DNA of 64,000 nt from an uncultured virus (IMG/VR IMGVR_UViG_3300030019_000031) (IMGVR_UViG_3300030019_000031); one strand, 5' to 3'. Counted from the first letter of the stretch, positions 30,112-39,452 are shown. Notes: generated by a model not told the origin, from the sequence alone. Numbers and translations: made by a program.

Positions 30112-32634
30112 TTATGCAATTAAAATTTGTGGCTGTGTTACTTGTTTATACCAATCAGCAAAGGTCATATCTGTGATTGAGCCGTCTTTGTTTTCGATAT
30201 GCATGACTTCACCAGACGTAGGATTCGGATCATTGTAATCGAATTCTACACCGCCCATGTCTCCCCAATTTACGCCAATTTCAAAATCAGTAGTAAATGG
30301 AATAGGACAATCGAATAACTTCTTTGGTGTCTCTACCATTATGTGATTAGCATAAGTGCCCACTGCCTGTATGATACGTGGATCAGCAGGAACTTCAAGT
30401 ACAGTGGAGTCATGTATCAGATCTAACATATTCGTTTGATAGTCATCTCTGAGCTTATCTTCCATTTGCATACAACTCCAAAGAAGTGTGTCTGAAGATG
30501 CCGATTGAATTGGGAAGTTCTTTGCTTCATTCTGTAAGCCGTGTAAAGATTGCGGTGATACTAAACCAAAGCGACGACGCCTACCGAAAGGAGTTTCCAA
30601 ATACTTACCTAACGCTACCTGATCAGCACACCATTTCAGATAGTCTCGCGCACCATGGTATTTATCCAACCAGGCATCGAGCATGTCCTGCGCCTCTGCA
30701 TCTGAGATATTAAACTCCTCCGCGATGGAGTGGGCCTCACGTCCGTATGGGATACCAAAGTTAACGGCTTTAGCACGCATCTTCTGTTGTGGTGTATAGT
30801 GTGGCCCAAATAAGGTTGTTGCTGTCTCTTTATGCAAGTTACGCCCTTGAATAAATACTTCAGATAGAACCGGACATTTGCTCATGAAAGCCAGCCAACG
30901 TAGCTCAGCTCCTGAATAGTCAATCTCCGCCAAGATAAATCCCGGTTTAGAAATAAATGCTTTACGTATATTCCCAACGCCATGTGCAGATGGTTGATTC
31001 TGCACGTTCGGCTCTTTACTACTCAATCTGCCTGTAGCAGTAATGTGTAAGTTAAAAGTCGTTCGTACACGCCCATCTTCATCACGTGCATTTAATAGAC
31101 CAAGTACATATGTGGAATGCTCTTTTTGCACTGTACGATATTCAAGCACTTTCTTAATAAGAGGGGGTGGATTCTCAATAGAACCGAGTATCTCTTTGTT
31201 TGTGCTTTCCCCCTTCTTAATGCGGGGGCGTAGCTTTAATCGACGAAACACCATCCAAGACATCTGTTTGGGTGAACTCGGTTTGAAGATATCACTTGCA
31301 GACTTTGCACCCATCTGTTCCATGTACATTTCACGATTCCAGAATGGTTCAGCACATTCCTGGATTTCAACTAACAGCTGTTCAAGTAGAATAGTGTATT
31401 TCTTATCCAGTACGTTAAGATACTCAGGATCAATCAGCATACCATTTTGCTCTACCCTTGAAAGATAGTTCGCCGCAGGAATAAGAAGTGTTTTATACAG
31501 ATTCATTAACTTCTCGTTACCTGGCTCTTCGAGCTTCTTCTGCAATACTTGCTTTAATTGCAATGTGTAATCGCAGTCAACGGCAACACGCTCATAGATA
31601 GCTTCACGATAAGTTTCAAAATTCTCCAGTGTTACAACTTTCCAATTCTGGTTCATCTTGTACTTATACGCCTTGGCATTTAAGAATGTCTTTGTCAAGT
31701 AACCTAGGTCATGCGCTGATGTCTCATCCAAAGTATAATGTTGATACTCAGTATCTTCATCGATCTGTACATTGCCAAGCTGGCGGCGCCACATAACCTT
31801 TTTATCATACTTACCATTCTGCCAGACACATTTCCAAGGTATCCCTGCAATAAAGTTGTGTACTACATGGCGCATCTCACGTGGAATAACATAGGATAAA
31901 TTTTTCTTGAAACAGATGCCCAAAACAAGAAAATCAACGATTCGATAATCCAATCCCGTTGTTTCAATATCATAAGAGGCACATTCAAATGTACCCGCTT
32001 TATATTGGGACATCATCAATTTCCACAAATCACGACATTTATCCTCTGTATCACAGACAATCCATTTAGTTTCACCTGGATCAGTTGATTCGCCGTCATT
32101 AAAGACTGTGGCCGCTAATTGAAACATCGACAAAAAGGGTTTGTAGTCTCCCGGCTTATGCAGTAAAACACCAGGATTCATTACCGGTATTACTTTGACG
32201 CCAGGGAGAAAATCATACTCTTTTATCCTGCCATACTCTTCTGTAACTTTCAGCTTATCATTACCAGTAAGAGTCTGCAAGGCAACTGCACCACAGACAA
32301 GTATCAATTTGGGCTTTACTTCGCGGTATTCCCATAAGAGGTAATCTCTACAACATCCTGGTGCGTCCTTCGGAAACTTCTGCCCTTTTTTCTTAGGCAC
32401 AGAACATTTTATAGCATCAGTGTAATATACCAAATCGGATGAATAAGGCATACCAACTTTTTTTAAGGTATCCTTTAATACTTGTCCTCCAGGACCACCC
32501 ATCATTATATTCTGCCTTGTTTCTGCTACTGTGGGTGATTCGCCAATGACCATTAAATCATAAGTATGCTGTATATCTATTGCAGCATTACCAAGTCGCG
32601 GATAATGATTACATGAGCAATTTGCACACGACAT
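30112..32634 (-). CDS. polA: Family A DNA polymerase with N-terminal UDG-like domain
   Basis: YDIETTG exonuclease I, TGRLSS, DYSGAELR, RAKAVNFGIPYG, IHDS; N-terminal CxxC/IGESP/IKC. Confidence 0.92.
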   Translation of the reverse strand: MSCANCSCNHYPRLGNAAIDIQHTYDLMVIGESPTVAETRQNIMMGGPGGQVLKDTLKKVGMPYSSDLVYYTDAIKCSVPKKKGQKFPKDAPGCCRDYLLWEYREVKPKLILVCGAVALQTLTGNDKLKVTEEYGRIKEYDFLPGVKVIPVMNPGVLLHKPGDYKPFLSMFQLAATVFNDGESTDPGETKWIVCDTEDKCRDLWKLMMSQYKAGTFECASYDIETTGLDYRIVDFLVLGICFKKNLSYVIPREMRHVVHNFIAGIPWKCVWQNGKYDKKVMWRRQLGNVQIDEDTEYQHYTLDETSAHDLGYLTKTFLNAKAYKYKMNQNWKVVTLENFETYREAIYERVAVDCDYTLQLKQVLQKKLEEPGNEKLMNLYKTLLIPAANYLSRVEQNGMLIDPEYLNVLDKKYTILLEQLLVEIQECAEPFWNREMYMEQMGAKSASDIFKPSSPKQMSWMVFRRLKLRPRIKKGESTNKEILGSIENPPPLIKKVLEYRTVQKEHSTYVLGLLNARDEDGRVRTTFNLHITATGRLSSKEPNVQNQPSAHGVGNIRKAFISKPGFILAEIDYSGAELRWLAFMSKCPVLSEVFIQGRNLHKETATTLFGPHYTPQQKMRAKAVNFGIPYGREAHSIAEEFNISDAEAQDMLDAWLDKYHGARDYLKWCADQVALGKYLETPFGRRRRFGLVSPQSLHGLQNEAKNFPIQSASSDTLLWSCMQMEDKLRDDYQTNMLDLIHDSTVLEVPADPRIIQAVGTYANHIMVETPKKLFDCPIPFTTDFEIGVNWGDMGGVEFDYNDPNPTSGEVMHIENKDGSITDMTFADWYKQVTQPQILIA

Positions 32635-32673
32635 TCATGTCGCTCCTTTCTTTAGGTCAAATTGACAAGCGTT

Positions 32674-33465
32674 TTATAGGAACCAAACATTATCTTTCTT
32701 ATCAAGTCTGGCGGAATCACGCCATGCTTCGATGTTCAAGGCAAGCAGTAAGTCATTTTGAACTTCACCATGTTCAAAATTAACTGGCTCACTGTCTGGA
32801 CGATCATCATCGCTGATACGTAATCCAGCACGAGCATATACATAAGGGATAGCCGAATCGACTCCGCGAATTGTCGGAATTAATCCCTGAGATTCCGCTT
32901 TGGCGATCGTCAATATTTCTAACGGCGTCTGCCAACAGCCAAGTAAATGAATGTCCAATCCGCTTATCTCAGGACATCTTTGATATAAGGCATCCAATGC
33001 TTGTAAGCGGCCGTCTCGTCCACCCATAGATACAAGTACTTTTGGAATCCCTAAACATTTGATTGGATACTGCAATAACATTTCTGCACAGCACAACCAA
33101 TCAGGAAGGTTCTTACCTTGCGGTACAGCCATCAAGTTAATATCCGTAGGATGGTTTTCCAGATACGACATTGCCGCGCCCACAGCTTTTATCGTCTCCA
33201 CGCTGTTTTTAAAGACATCTGGTAATATCAACTCGTTCGCGCCGAGCATATCCGCTTTTTCAATCAGCTCTTCAATGGGGCGAGGATTACCCTCAATCAG
33301 TCCATTGTCCATAATGACATAACTATCATCAGCGATACCATTCTTAAAGAAGCGCGTGTAATTTTCCATACCCGGCTTATCAATTAAATGGGCAAGGCAC
33401 ATATGATAAGAATCACCTTTAACTAGGTTTAAAAAATTCTGAGGCAAAATTGTTGCTACTTTCAT
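32674..33465 (-). CDS. TGT/DpdA-like transglycosylase (divergent)
   Basis: MDNG, LPDV, AVPQG, IHLLG, RGVDS motifs in TGT-barrel order; sits next to queC. Confidence 0.7.
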   Translation of the reverse strand: MKVATILPQNFLNLVKGDSYHMCLAHLIDKPGMENYTRFFKNGIADDSYVIMDNGLIEGNPRPIEELIEKADMLGANELILPDVFKNSVETIKAVGAAMSYLENHPTDINLMAVPQGKNLPDWLCCAEMLLQYPIKCLGIPKVLVSMGGRDGRLQALDALYQRCPEISGLDIHLLGCWQTPLEILTIAKAESQGLIPTIRGVDSAIPYVYARAGLRISDDDRPDSEPVNFEHGEVQNDLLLALNIEAWRDSARLDKKDNVWFL

Positions 33466-33528
33466 ATCTTTCTCTCCTTCTTAACGTAAAAGAATACTGC
33501 TGGGAATAACCCCAGCAGCATCTTCGGT

Positions 33529-34212
33529 TTAATCTATATTATAGATACCATTTGCGACTAATGCCGCTTTACGATCGATACATGTGCCACATGTGCCACA
33601 AGGTTTTTCTTTTCCCTCATAGCAGCTCCATGTGTGTGCATAATCAACACCGAGCTCTTTACCTATTTTAACAATGCCCGCTTTATTACTATTCCAGAAC
33701 GGCGCTTCCATTTTTACTTTGCCTCCTGTGCCTTCGTAAATAGCATTCTGCATCGCTTCAATAAATTCAGGAGTGCAATCAGGATAAGCTCTGCCGGCAG
33801 CATCATCAGCGTGTGCCCCATAATAAATTACGTCACATTCAAGCTGGATTGCTACGGCGGTAGCGTATGACAAAAATAAGCCATTACGAAAAGGAACATA
33901 AGCGGACACTGTGCCTGAGCCACCAAGCTCAGCCAACTGTTCAGCATATGACTTATGCGCGATCTCTCTTTTGCTTCCCTGCAATAAGGCACAACAATCT
34001 TTGTTAAAGCGAAAGACTTCGGACAGATCAGCGTTTAGCAACTCGACGCCATATTTTTCACATTGGAACACGGCGAACTCTTGCTCTTTCGCATGTTTCT
34101 GTCCATAGAACATATTCAATGCAACAACATTATCATTGCCAGCTTCATTGGCAGCCATAGCCAATAGTGTTGTACTATCCAAACCACCGCTACATAAAAC
34201 TAAAATCTTCAT
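33529..34212 (-). CDS. queC: 7-cyano-7-deazaguanine synthase
   Basis: SGGLDS, YGQKH, YVPFRN, YPDC, WSCY...CGTCGTC. Confidence 0.95.
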   Translation of the reverse strand: MKILVLCSGGLDSTTLLAMAANEAGNDNVVALNMFYGQKHAKEQEFAVFQCEKYGVELLNADLSEVFRFNKDCCALLQGSKREIAHKSYAEQLAELGGSGTVSAYVPFRNGLFLSYATAVAIQLECDVIYYGAHADDAAGRAYPDCTPEFIEAMQNAIYEGTGGKVKMEAPFWNSNKAGIVKIGKELGVDYAHTWSCYEGKEKPCGTCGTCIDRKAALVANGIYNID

Positions 34213-34224
34213 AATAAGCGCTCC

Positions 34225-34809
34225 TTACTTTAAGTCAATTAAGCTAAGAAACTCAGCTCTGGCCACATTGGTATTATCTTGAAAAACTCCCCGCACAGCT
34301 GAGGTAATGGTATTGGCGCCCGGCTTCTTGACACCGCGCATTGCCATGCACATATGCTCAGCTTTAATAACAACCATAACACCAATCGGCTTCAATTGCT
34401 CCTCAATCGCATCAGCAATCTGAGAAGTCATGCGCTCTTGTATCTGAAGACGTCTTGCATAACATTCAACAAGACGCGCCAGTTTACTGAGACCTACCAA
34501 ATTTCCATTTGGTATGTAAGCAATATGCACTTTTCCAATAAAGGGCACCATGTGATGTTCACAATGGCTAAAGAAATCGATATCTTTTACAATGACCATT
34601 TCTTTATGCTCTTCATCGCGAAAAGTCTTACTTAAGATAGCTTCCGGCGACATATCATATCCGCCGAAGATTTCATCATACATACGAGCAACACGACCTG
34701 GTGTTTCTTGGAGGCCTTCACGCGAAGCATACTCACCAGGAATCGTATTCAGTAATTCAAATACTGCCGCTGCTCTACGCTCATGCAAATCTGTTAAATA
34801 TTCACCCAT
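34225..34809 (-). CDS. folE: GTP cyclohydrolase I
   Basis: [33 protein letters not shown]. Confidence 0.95.
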   Translation of the reverse strand: MGEYLTDLHERRAAAVFELLNTIPGEYASREGLQETPGRVARMYDEIFGGYDMSPEAILSKTFRDEEHKEMVIVKDIDFFSHCEHHMVPFIGKVHIAYIPNGNLVGLSKLARLVECYARRLQIQERMTSQIADAIEEQLKPIGVMVVIKAEHMCMAMRGVKKPGANTITSAVRGVFQDNTNVARAEFLSLIDLK

Positions 34810-35456
34810 TATCTTACCTCCATGAGTTTCTGTAATTGTACTCCGACGCGCAAACGTGAATCAGATTGCGCAATCGCAAAACACTTTTCCCAAGTCGGTT
34901 GCATGTGATAGCCATCTGGTTGTAACCAAATATTGCCTAAGAAACGATCCCTGATGGATTCGGTAATTACCTTCTCGTCAAAGTCTTCCGTGACAACATA
35001 TTTCAGTTCATCCGGAAGGCATGATTCATTAATCATGTAATTAGCATCACCTTTTGGTGAGCATGTTACCCAATCAGCATTCAACGGAGTAGCCAACGTA
35101 CCATTGGTTTCAATGGCTACAATATAATGCTCACCATGTAGTGCATCGATCAAAGCGTGTAGATCCTCCTGCAAACAAGGTTCACCGCCAGTAAGCACAA
35201 CAAGTTGAATTGTTCTGCCTAATTCCGCTTTGATAGTCGATGACTCTCTAGCTGCATCTGCCGCATAGTTTACTGCGCTAACTACTTTGGCTACGGATAA
35301 TGCTCTGGCCGCGCCTGATTGGGCATTAATCCATGTTGATTTTGTGTCACAGAAACTGCACTTGAGATTGCATCCCATAGTACGAACGAATACTGCCGGG
35401 ACGCCAAGATAATGTCCCTCGCCTTGTACGCTGGCAAAAATCTCTGCTATAAACAT
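34809..35456 (-). CDS. queE: 7-carboxy-7-deazaguanine synthase (radical SAM)
   Basis: [36 protein letters not shown]. Confidence 0.95.
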   Translation of the reverse strand: MFIAEIFASVQGEGHYLGVPAVFVRTMGCNLKCSFCDTKSTWINAQSGAARALSVAKVVSAVNYAADAARESSTIKAELGRTIQLVVLTGGEPCLQEDLHALIDALHGEHYIVAIETNGTLATPLNADWVTCSPKGDANYMINESCLPDELKYVVTEDFDEKVITESIRDRFLGNIWLQPDGYHMQPTWEKCFAIAQSDSRLRVGVQLQKLMEVR

Positions 35457-35458
35457 CG

Positions 35459-35902
35459 CTATACCTCCACGAAAGATGTGGGCGTTTCCCACAGCTTAAC
35501 TTTTATTTGCGAAATAGTAATTGGACGCAAGCCGTTCATGCGTTGCTTGAATCTTGATTGAATATAGCGTGCCATACACTCTGCTGTTGATCTGGGATAA
35601 ATAGTCGGCATTTCGAAAAACTTCAATTCGTATATGCTGCAGGTACCGAATATGGCCTCTTCGACGCAGTTCCTATATTTAGGCGAGCTAAACACAGTAG
35701 CATGATCGAATCTAGCCATAACTTCTTCTTGGATCATCTCTTTCAGGAGATTAAAATCCATTAGCATATGCGTTTCACTATCTACTGTGCCGCAGAGTGT
35801 AACCTGTAATTTGTACGTGTGGCCGTGTAGGTTAGAACACAGGCCTTTATAGCCGGATAACATATGCGCGCAATCAAATGTGACTTCTTTTGTTACTTCC
35901 AT
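35459..35902 (-). CDS. queD: 6-carboxytetrahydropterin synthase
   Basis: FDCAH, CSNLHGHTY, FDH, STAE, WETP. Confidence 0.95.
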   Translation of the reverse strand: MEVTKEVTFDCAHMLSGYKGLCSNLHGHTYKLQVTLCGTVDSETHMLMDFNLLKEMIQEEVMARFDHATVFSSPKYRNCVEEAIFGTCSIYELKFFEMPTIYPRSTAECMARYIQSRFKQRMNGLRPITISQIKVKLWETPTSFVEV

Positions 35903-35913
35903 AGCGATTCTCC

Positions 35914-36633
35914 TTATTCGCCGACAATATGATACTTTTCGCCAATATCATATGTGTCGATACTTTCATATTGTTTTACCCACTTAACCAATATACGCGT
36001 TATGGGTAACACAACAATTTCATAGCAGGTCTTAACACAAATCTGAAGAATAATCATCGAAGGTATTTGCGCCGCTGGTACCGATCCTATAAATGCAAGA
36101 GGAATAAAAATACATGAATCAATCGTTTCGCCGACAATAGTAGAAATAATAGCACGCCAACCGAATCCCTTATTTGAATTAATAGCAATATCCTTCTTAC
36201 CCTGTCTTGCTGCGGAAAGAACTTTCATTCGGCTTAGCACAGCGGCATTCGCATAGGAGCCTAAAACATAAGCAGTAAGTCCAGCAACTAACAATCTGGG
36301 CGTATTACCTAATACTGAAGCGACGGCACCGGATAATGTAAAATACACTGGTGCGGGAAGTACGATGGTAATCTCAAACATAATAACCATTAACAGATTC
36401 ATTGCGAATGCTGTCCACATAATGCTTCTAGCAGCTTTGAATCCGTATACTTCTGCGACGATATCGCTCAGTATGTATGAAATGGGAAAGACAATAACAC
36501 CTGCTGTTAATGTCCACGGGCCGATAGTAATCAGCTTGATTGCGATGATGTTGGAAATTAAAATACAGGCCGTAAAGAGAATACCGAAGAACATGAAAAG
36601 CGGTGTTACACGATTGACTTTTTTAGCCCTCAT
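35914..36633 (-). CDS. yhhQ: Queuosine precursor transporter (YhhQ/VUT family)
   Basis: SNIIAIK, FPISYILSDIVAEVYG, RAIISTIVGETIDS; multiple TM segments. Confidence 0.9.
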   Translation of the reverse strand: MRAKKVNRVTPLFMFFGILFTACILISNIIAIKLITIGPWTLTAGVIVFPISYILSDIVAEVYGFKAARSIMWTAFAMNLLMVIMFEITIVLPAPVYFTLSGAVASVLGNTPRLLVAGLTAYVLGSYANAAVLSRMKVLSAARQGKKDIAINSNKGFGWRAIISTIVGETIDSCIFIPLAFIGSVPAAQIPSMIILQICVKTCYEIVVLPITRILVKWVKQYESIDTYDIGEKYHIVGE

Positions 36634-37597
36634 CGATTTCACCCTCAACTAACACACGTGCATAAACTTTTTGTCCTGCTTTGATTGCCTCGACGCAGCC
36701 TGTAACAAGCATGTCGAACTCAGCTGACTCCGGGAGAATGGTTGAAGTATCTATCTTCATCGTTGAAATACGGATGGTTTCCAGATATCGAAGCCATCCG
36801 GCATATTGCCTCTTAATTGTTTCCAATTGATTGACGTTTATGTAATCATCTGCCCATACCTTACTACGCGCGCGCAAAATTGCTTCTGAAGCGTCGACAT
36901 AAATAATTAGGGTGTTGTAATCACAAAGAAGCTCGACTACCTTATCGAATTTTTTCCAATATTCGGCGGGCATATCAATTTTCTTGACCTTGCTATAGAT
37001 TGCTTCGTCTGGCCAATAGAAACGGTCATAAACAACATCAATTTGTGATTCTAATAAAGAAACAGCCAATTCAGGCTTATCCTCTTGACGCCAATCACAC
37101 TTTTGATATTTGAATCCGACCTTTTCCGCTACCGCTTTTGCCAGTGTCGTTTTGCCTCCACCATCCGGACCAACAAAGATAATATTCATCGGCGCCTTTG
37201 AATGCGTAATACGCGATGAAATAACCCGATAAGGAATGGAAGCTTTAAACAACTCATCTTTAGCCTGCCGATTTTCTTTTAAAGCTGTTGCCGCTATCCC
37301 ATCGGAATAACGCATAGCAGTTTTAGCCAAATTCAAATCGGCGATATCGTCTACCTTCATATCAGTGGCTTCAGCAATAGCTGTAAGATACCAAAGAACA
37401 TCACCTAATTCTTTCGCCAATTCCATCTTGTTTAGATCGGCATGATGAAATACGTGATGTTTTATAATATCTTGTACTTCGCCTGATTCGCCTCCGATAC
37501 CAAGTCCCCAATCCATCAACATCGCTTGTTCTGGTGTCAATGCAATATGTTCCTTGATGTAGGCTGACTGTGTCTGCTCTTGATAATCACCAAACAT
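36623..37597 (-). CDS. MazG-like NTP pyrophosphohydrolase fused to a P-loop nucleotide kinase
   Basis: GESGEV..IIK and KELGDVLWY; then VGPDGGGKTT, VYDRF, LIIYVDA. Confidence 0.85.
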   Translation of the reverse strand: MFGDYQEQTQSAYIKEHIALTPEQAMLMDWGLGIGGESGEVQDIIKHHVFHHADLNKMELAKELGDVLWYLTAIAEATDMKVDDIADLNLAKTAMRYSDGIAATALKENRQAKDELFKASIPYRVISSRITHSKAPMNIIFVGPDGGGKTTLAKAVAEKVGFKYQKCDWRQEDKPELAVSLLESQIDVVYDRFYWPDEAIYSKVKKIDMPAEYWKKFDKVVELLCDYNTLIIYVDASEAILRARSKVWADDYINVNQLETIKRQYAGWLRYLETIRISTMKIDTSTILPESAEFDMLVTGCVEAIKAGQKVYARVLVEGEIDEG

Positions 37598-37728
37598 ACT
37601 TGTTTACCTCCTGGAAATTTTTATTCAGAAACGTCATATGGAGGTAACACCCTCACTGACGTAAACTGTTAACACTTATCCGCTTGTAACTACACGCCCG
37701 GGCGAGCCTTGGCCCATCTCCAGAACAC

Positions 37729-37908
37729 CTATTTAAATAAATCCTTCAATAATGCCGTTGTATAACCGTCATTTACTTCAGCAAGAAATCCCTTTATAGA
37801 TTTCTGTGCTTCTGTTGGATTAGCTTTTGCAAACTTATCCCATCGGCGTAACAGCGACTCTGTACGATCTTTAAAAACGTCCCAATTTGTTACTTCTTGA
37901 TCTGGCAT
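37729..37908 (-). CDS. Hypothetical 59-aa protein (MPDQEVTNW...)
   Basis: AAAGGGA RBS; below the track cutoff. Confidence 0.55.
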   Translation of the reverse strand: MPDQEVTNWDVFKDRTESLLRRWDKFAKANPTEAQKSIKGFLAEVNDGYTTALLKDLFK

Positions 37909-37925
37909 AATATCATCCCTTTCTT

Positions 37926-38195
37926 TTAATCACGAAGCAAGAGCTTTATGAAATTGTGTATCCCGCGAGTTTCACAACCTAAGATCTTTCCCGTGCTAGC
38001 CCAGAATTGATATAATTTACCATTCCTAGATCGTGCATGAAAATGTCCCGTTTGTGAATTCTTTAGCGTAAATTCAATTTCATTTTTTGCAAGCTGGTCT
38101 AATGCGTATTGAATTCGCTCTGGAGTTTTAGCAACTCTTTCTGTGTGATTACGTTTAGCTAATTCCTTAATACCTTCAAAGTCTTCAGCTGACAT
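37926..38195 (-). CDS. Hypothetical protein
   Basis: RBS; FWASTGK...RGI motif common in small phage proteins. Confidence 0.7.
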   Translation of the reverse strand: MSAEDFEGIKELAKRNHTERVAKTPERIQYALDQLAKNEIEFTLKNSQTGHFHARSRNGKLYQFWASTGKILGCETRGIHNFIKLLLRD

Positions 38196-38237
38196 TATCT
38201 TGCCTCCTTACATATAAAGTCTCTCCCCTACAAACGT

Positions 38238-38270
38238 AAAAATAAGGGTGCCAGAAATCTGACACCCTTA
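38238..38270 (-). terminator. Terminator after SSB
   Basis: TAAGGGTG.CAGA-AA-TCTG.CACCCTTA with A-tract. Confidence 0.7.
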
Positions 38271-38285
38271 CCTTCATTTAGGAGA

Positions 38286-38801
38286 TTATCCTAGGAATGA
38301 ACCGCCGCCGACTTCATTCGCAGCCAAGATCTCTTTGACCTGATTACGTTTTTCTCCCTTGTAATCGCCTTTTTTCTGCGTGGTGATACCCAGCTTGATC
38401 TGGCACAGTCTGTTAATGATCGTGCCGTCATCCGTAAATTTCTTCGGATTGAAAGTTGACATATCCACTTCAGGACAAACGCGAGAAAGAATTTGCTTGA
38501 CCTTCGGTAATGCAAACTCGGATCCTTTGCCGGCAAGCACATAGTAATCGAAAACTTTTCTTTCGGCGAATTCGCCGTCGGTAATCGAATACACGGCCTT
38601 CAACATTGGGTTACCGCTACTGGCCGATTCAGTTAATTCAAACTCTTCGAACACAGCATTGTATGTACCCTTAGGCAGCACTTCAAAGGAAGATGCCGAT
38701 TCCTCAACATCATTGAGGTTGAATACCATCGATTCGGTATTCGCAGTTGCTTTGACGCCGGCTGTTTCGGTGGCTCCACCGAGATTAAAAGTATTATCCA
38801 T
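38286..38801 (-). CDS. Single-stranded DNA-binding protein (DUF669-like)
   Basis: FEVLPKGTY, SGNPML, RKVFD, Y.GEKRN.VK; Sak4 module context. Confidence 0.8.
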   Translation of the reverse strand: MDNTFNLGGATETAGVKATANTESMVFNLNDVEESASSFEVLPKGTYNAVFEEFELTESASSGNPMLKAVYSITDGEFAERKVFDYYVLAGKGSEFALPKVKQILSRVCPEVDMSTFNPKKFTDDGTIINRLCQIKLGITTQKKGDYKGEKRNQVKEILAANEVGGGSFLG

Positions 38802-38901
38802 AGAATCCTCCTACGCCATCCTTTCGCCCGACCAAAGTTACCACGGCGTAACTTATCCACCCACTAAATTTTAGCCCGTGATGATATGTGCATTTAAGCA
38901 C

Positions 38902-38977
38902 TTGTCCAAGATGCAGGAATCGAACCTGCGTTATGCGGTCTTAAACCCGCATGTTATGCCACTTCTACTAATCTCGG
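38902..38977 (-). tRNA. Aberrant tRNA-like element 1 (8-nt anticodon loop)
   Basis: CCGAGAT/ATCTTGG acceptor, GCAGG-TTCGATT-CCTGC T arm, TGCGG-GTTTAAGA-CCGCA, 3' A-CAA. Confidence 0.7.
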
Positions 38978-39061
38978 ATGTAAAACTGTCTAAAGGTTAT
39001 TGTTCCACTATCAACTACTTACGTAGGTCCTCTTACCTCAGCCTTTAGACGCAAAATAAAA

Positions 39062-39360
39062 CAATGACTATAGGCTTTCCACCTATCTGCTGGTTTGTAC
39101 ACACAGTGCAGTGCACATCAATTCTGGACCCATTCTCTCATGCTTACCTAAGATGTAGGTTTGTTCAATAGCACATCCCAATCTGTGTAGCGCATATTGT
39201 TCTACATAGCAAGTTACTTCGCAGCAAGGCGTTTCCCACTACTGTAAGTTTAGAGCGTCCCCTGTCTTACGACTTTTTGTTTCCACAGACTATTGACTAG
39301 ATGTCTTAACCACCTGGGTATCCGCACCTGCATCTTTCGATCGGCTTCTGGGCATCTAAT
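39062..39360 (-). ncRNA. Putative multi-hairpin structured RNA between tRNA-like elements
   Basis: No credible ORF; several GNRA-capped hairpins on the minus strand and complementary domain ends. Confidence 0.5.
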
Positions 39361-39371
39361 CTCTTTATCAT

Positions 39372-39452
39372 TGTTGGTTCAGATGAGGCTCGAACTCATC
39401 TACTGCAGTATTACTACCACATTGTTCTTCCGCATGCATGAACTACTGAACC
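39372..39452 (-). tRNA. Aberrant tRNA-like element 2
   Basis: GGTTCAG/CTGAACC acceptor, GTTC/GAAC D stem, ATGAG-TTCGAGC-CTCAT T arm, non-canonical anticodon arm. Confidence 0.7.

Noticed and set aside
27637..32634. Inteins or introns in nrdJ and polA
   Set aside because: Lengths and motif spacing look normal; no splicing motifs seen
37709..37722. TTGGCCCATCTCCA repeated at 52149-52162
   Set aside because: Both are intergenic, but a single 14-mer pair can arise by chance in 64 kb
37600..37728. preQ1 riboswitch upstream of the que operon
   Set aside because: A hairpin (ACGTCA...TGACGT) is present but I could not match a preQ1 consensus; needs an Rfam search
38902..38977. Genome-wide stop-codon recoding via a TTA-anticodon tRNA
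   Set aside because: Genes are intact in the standard code and TAA is the usual stop
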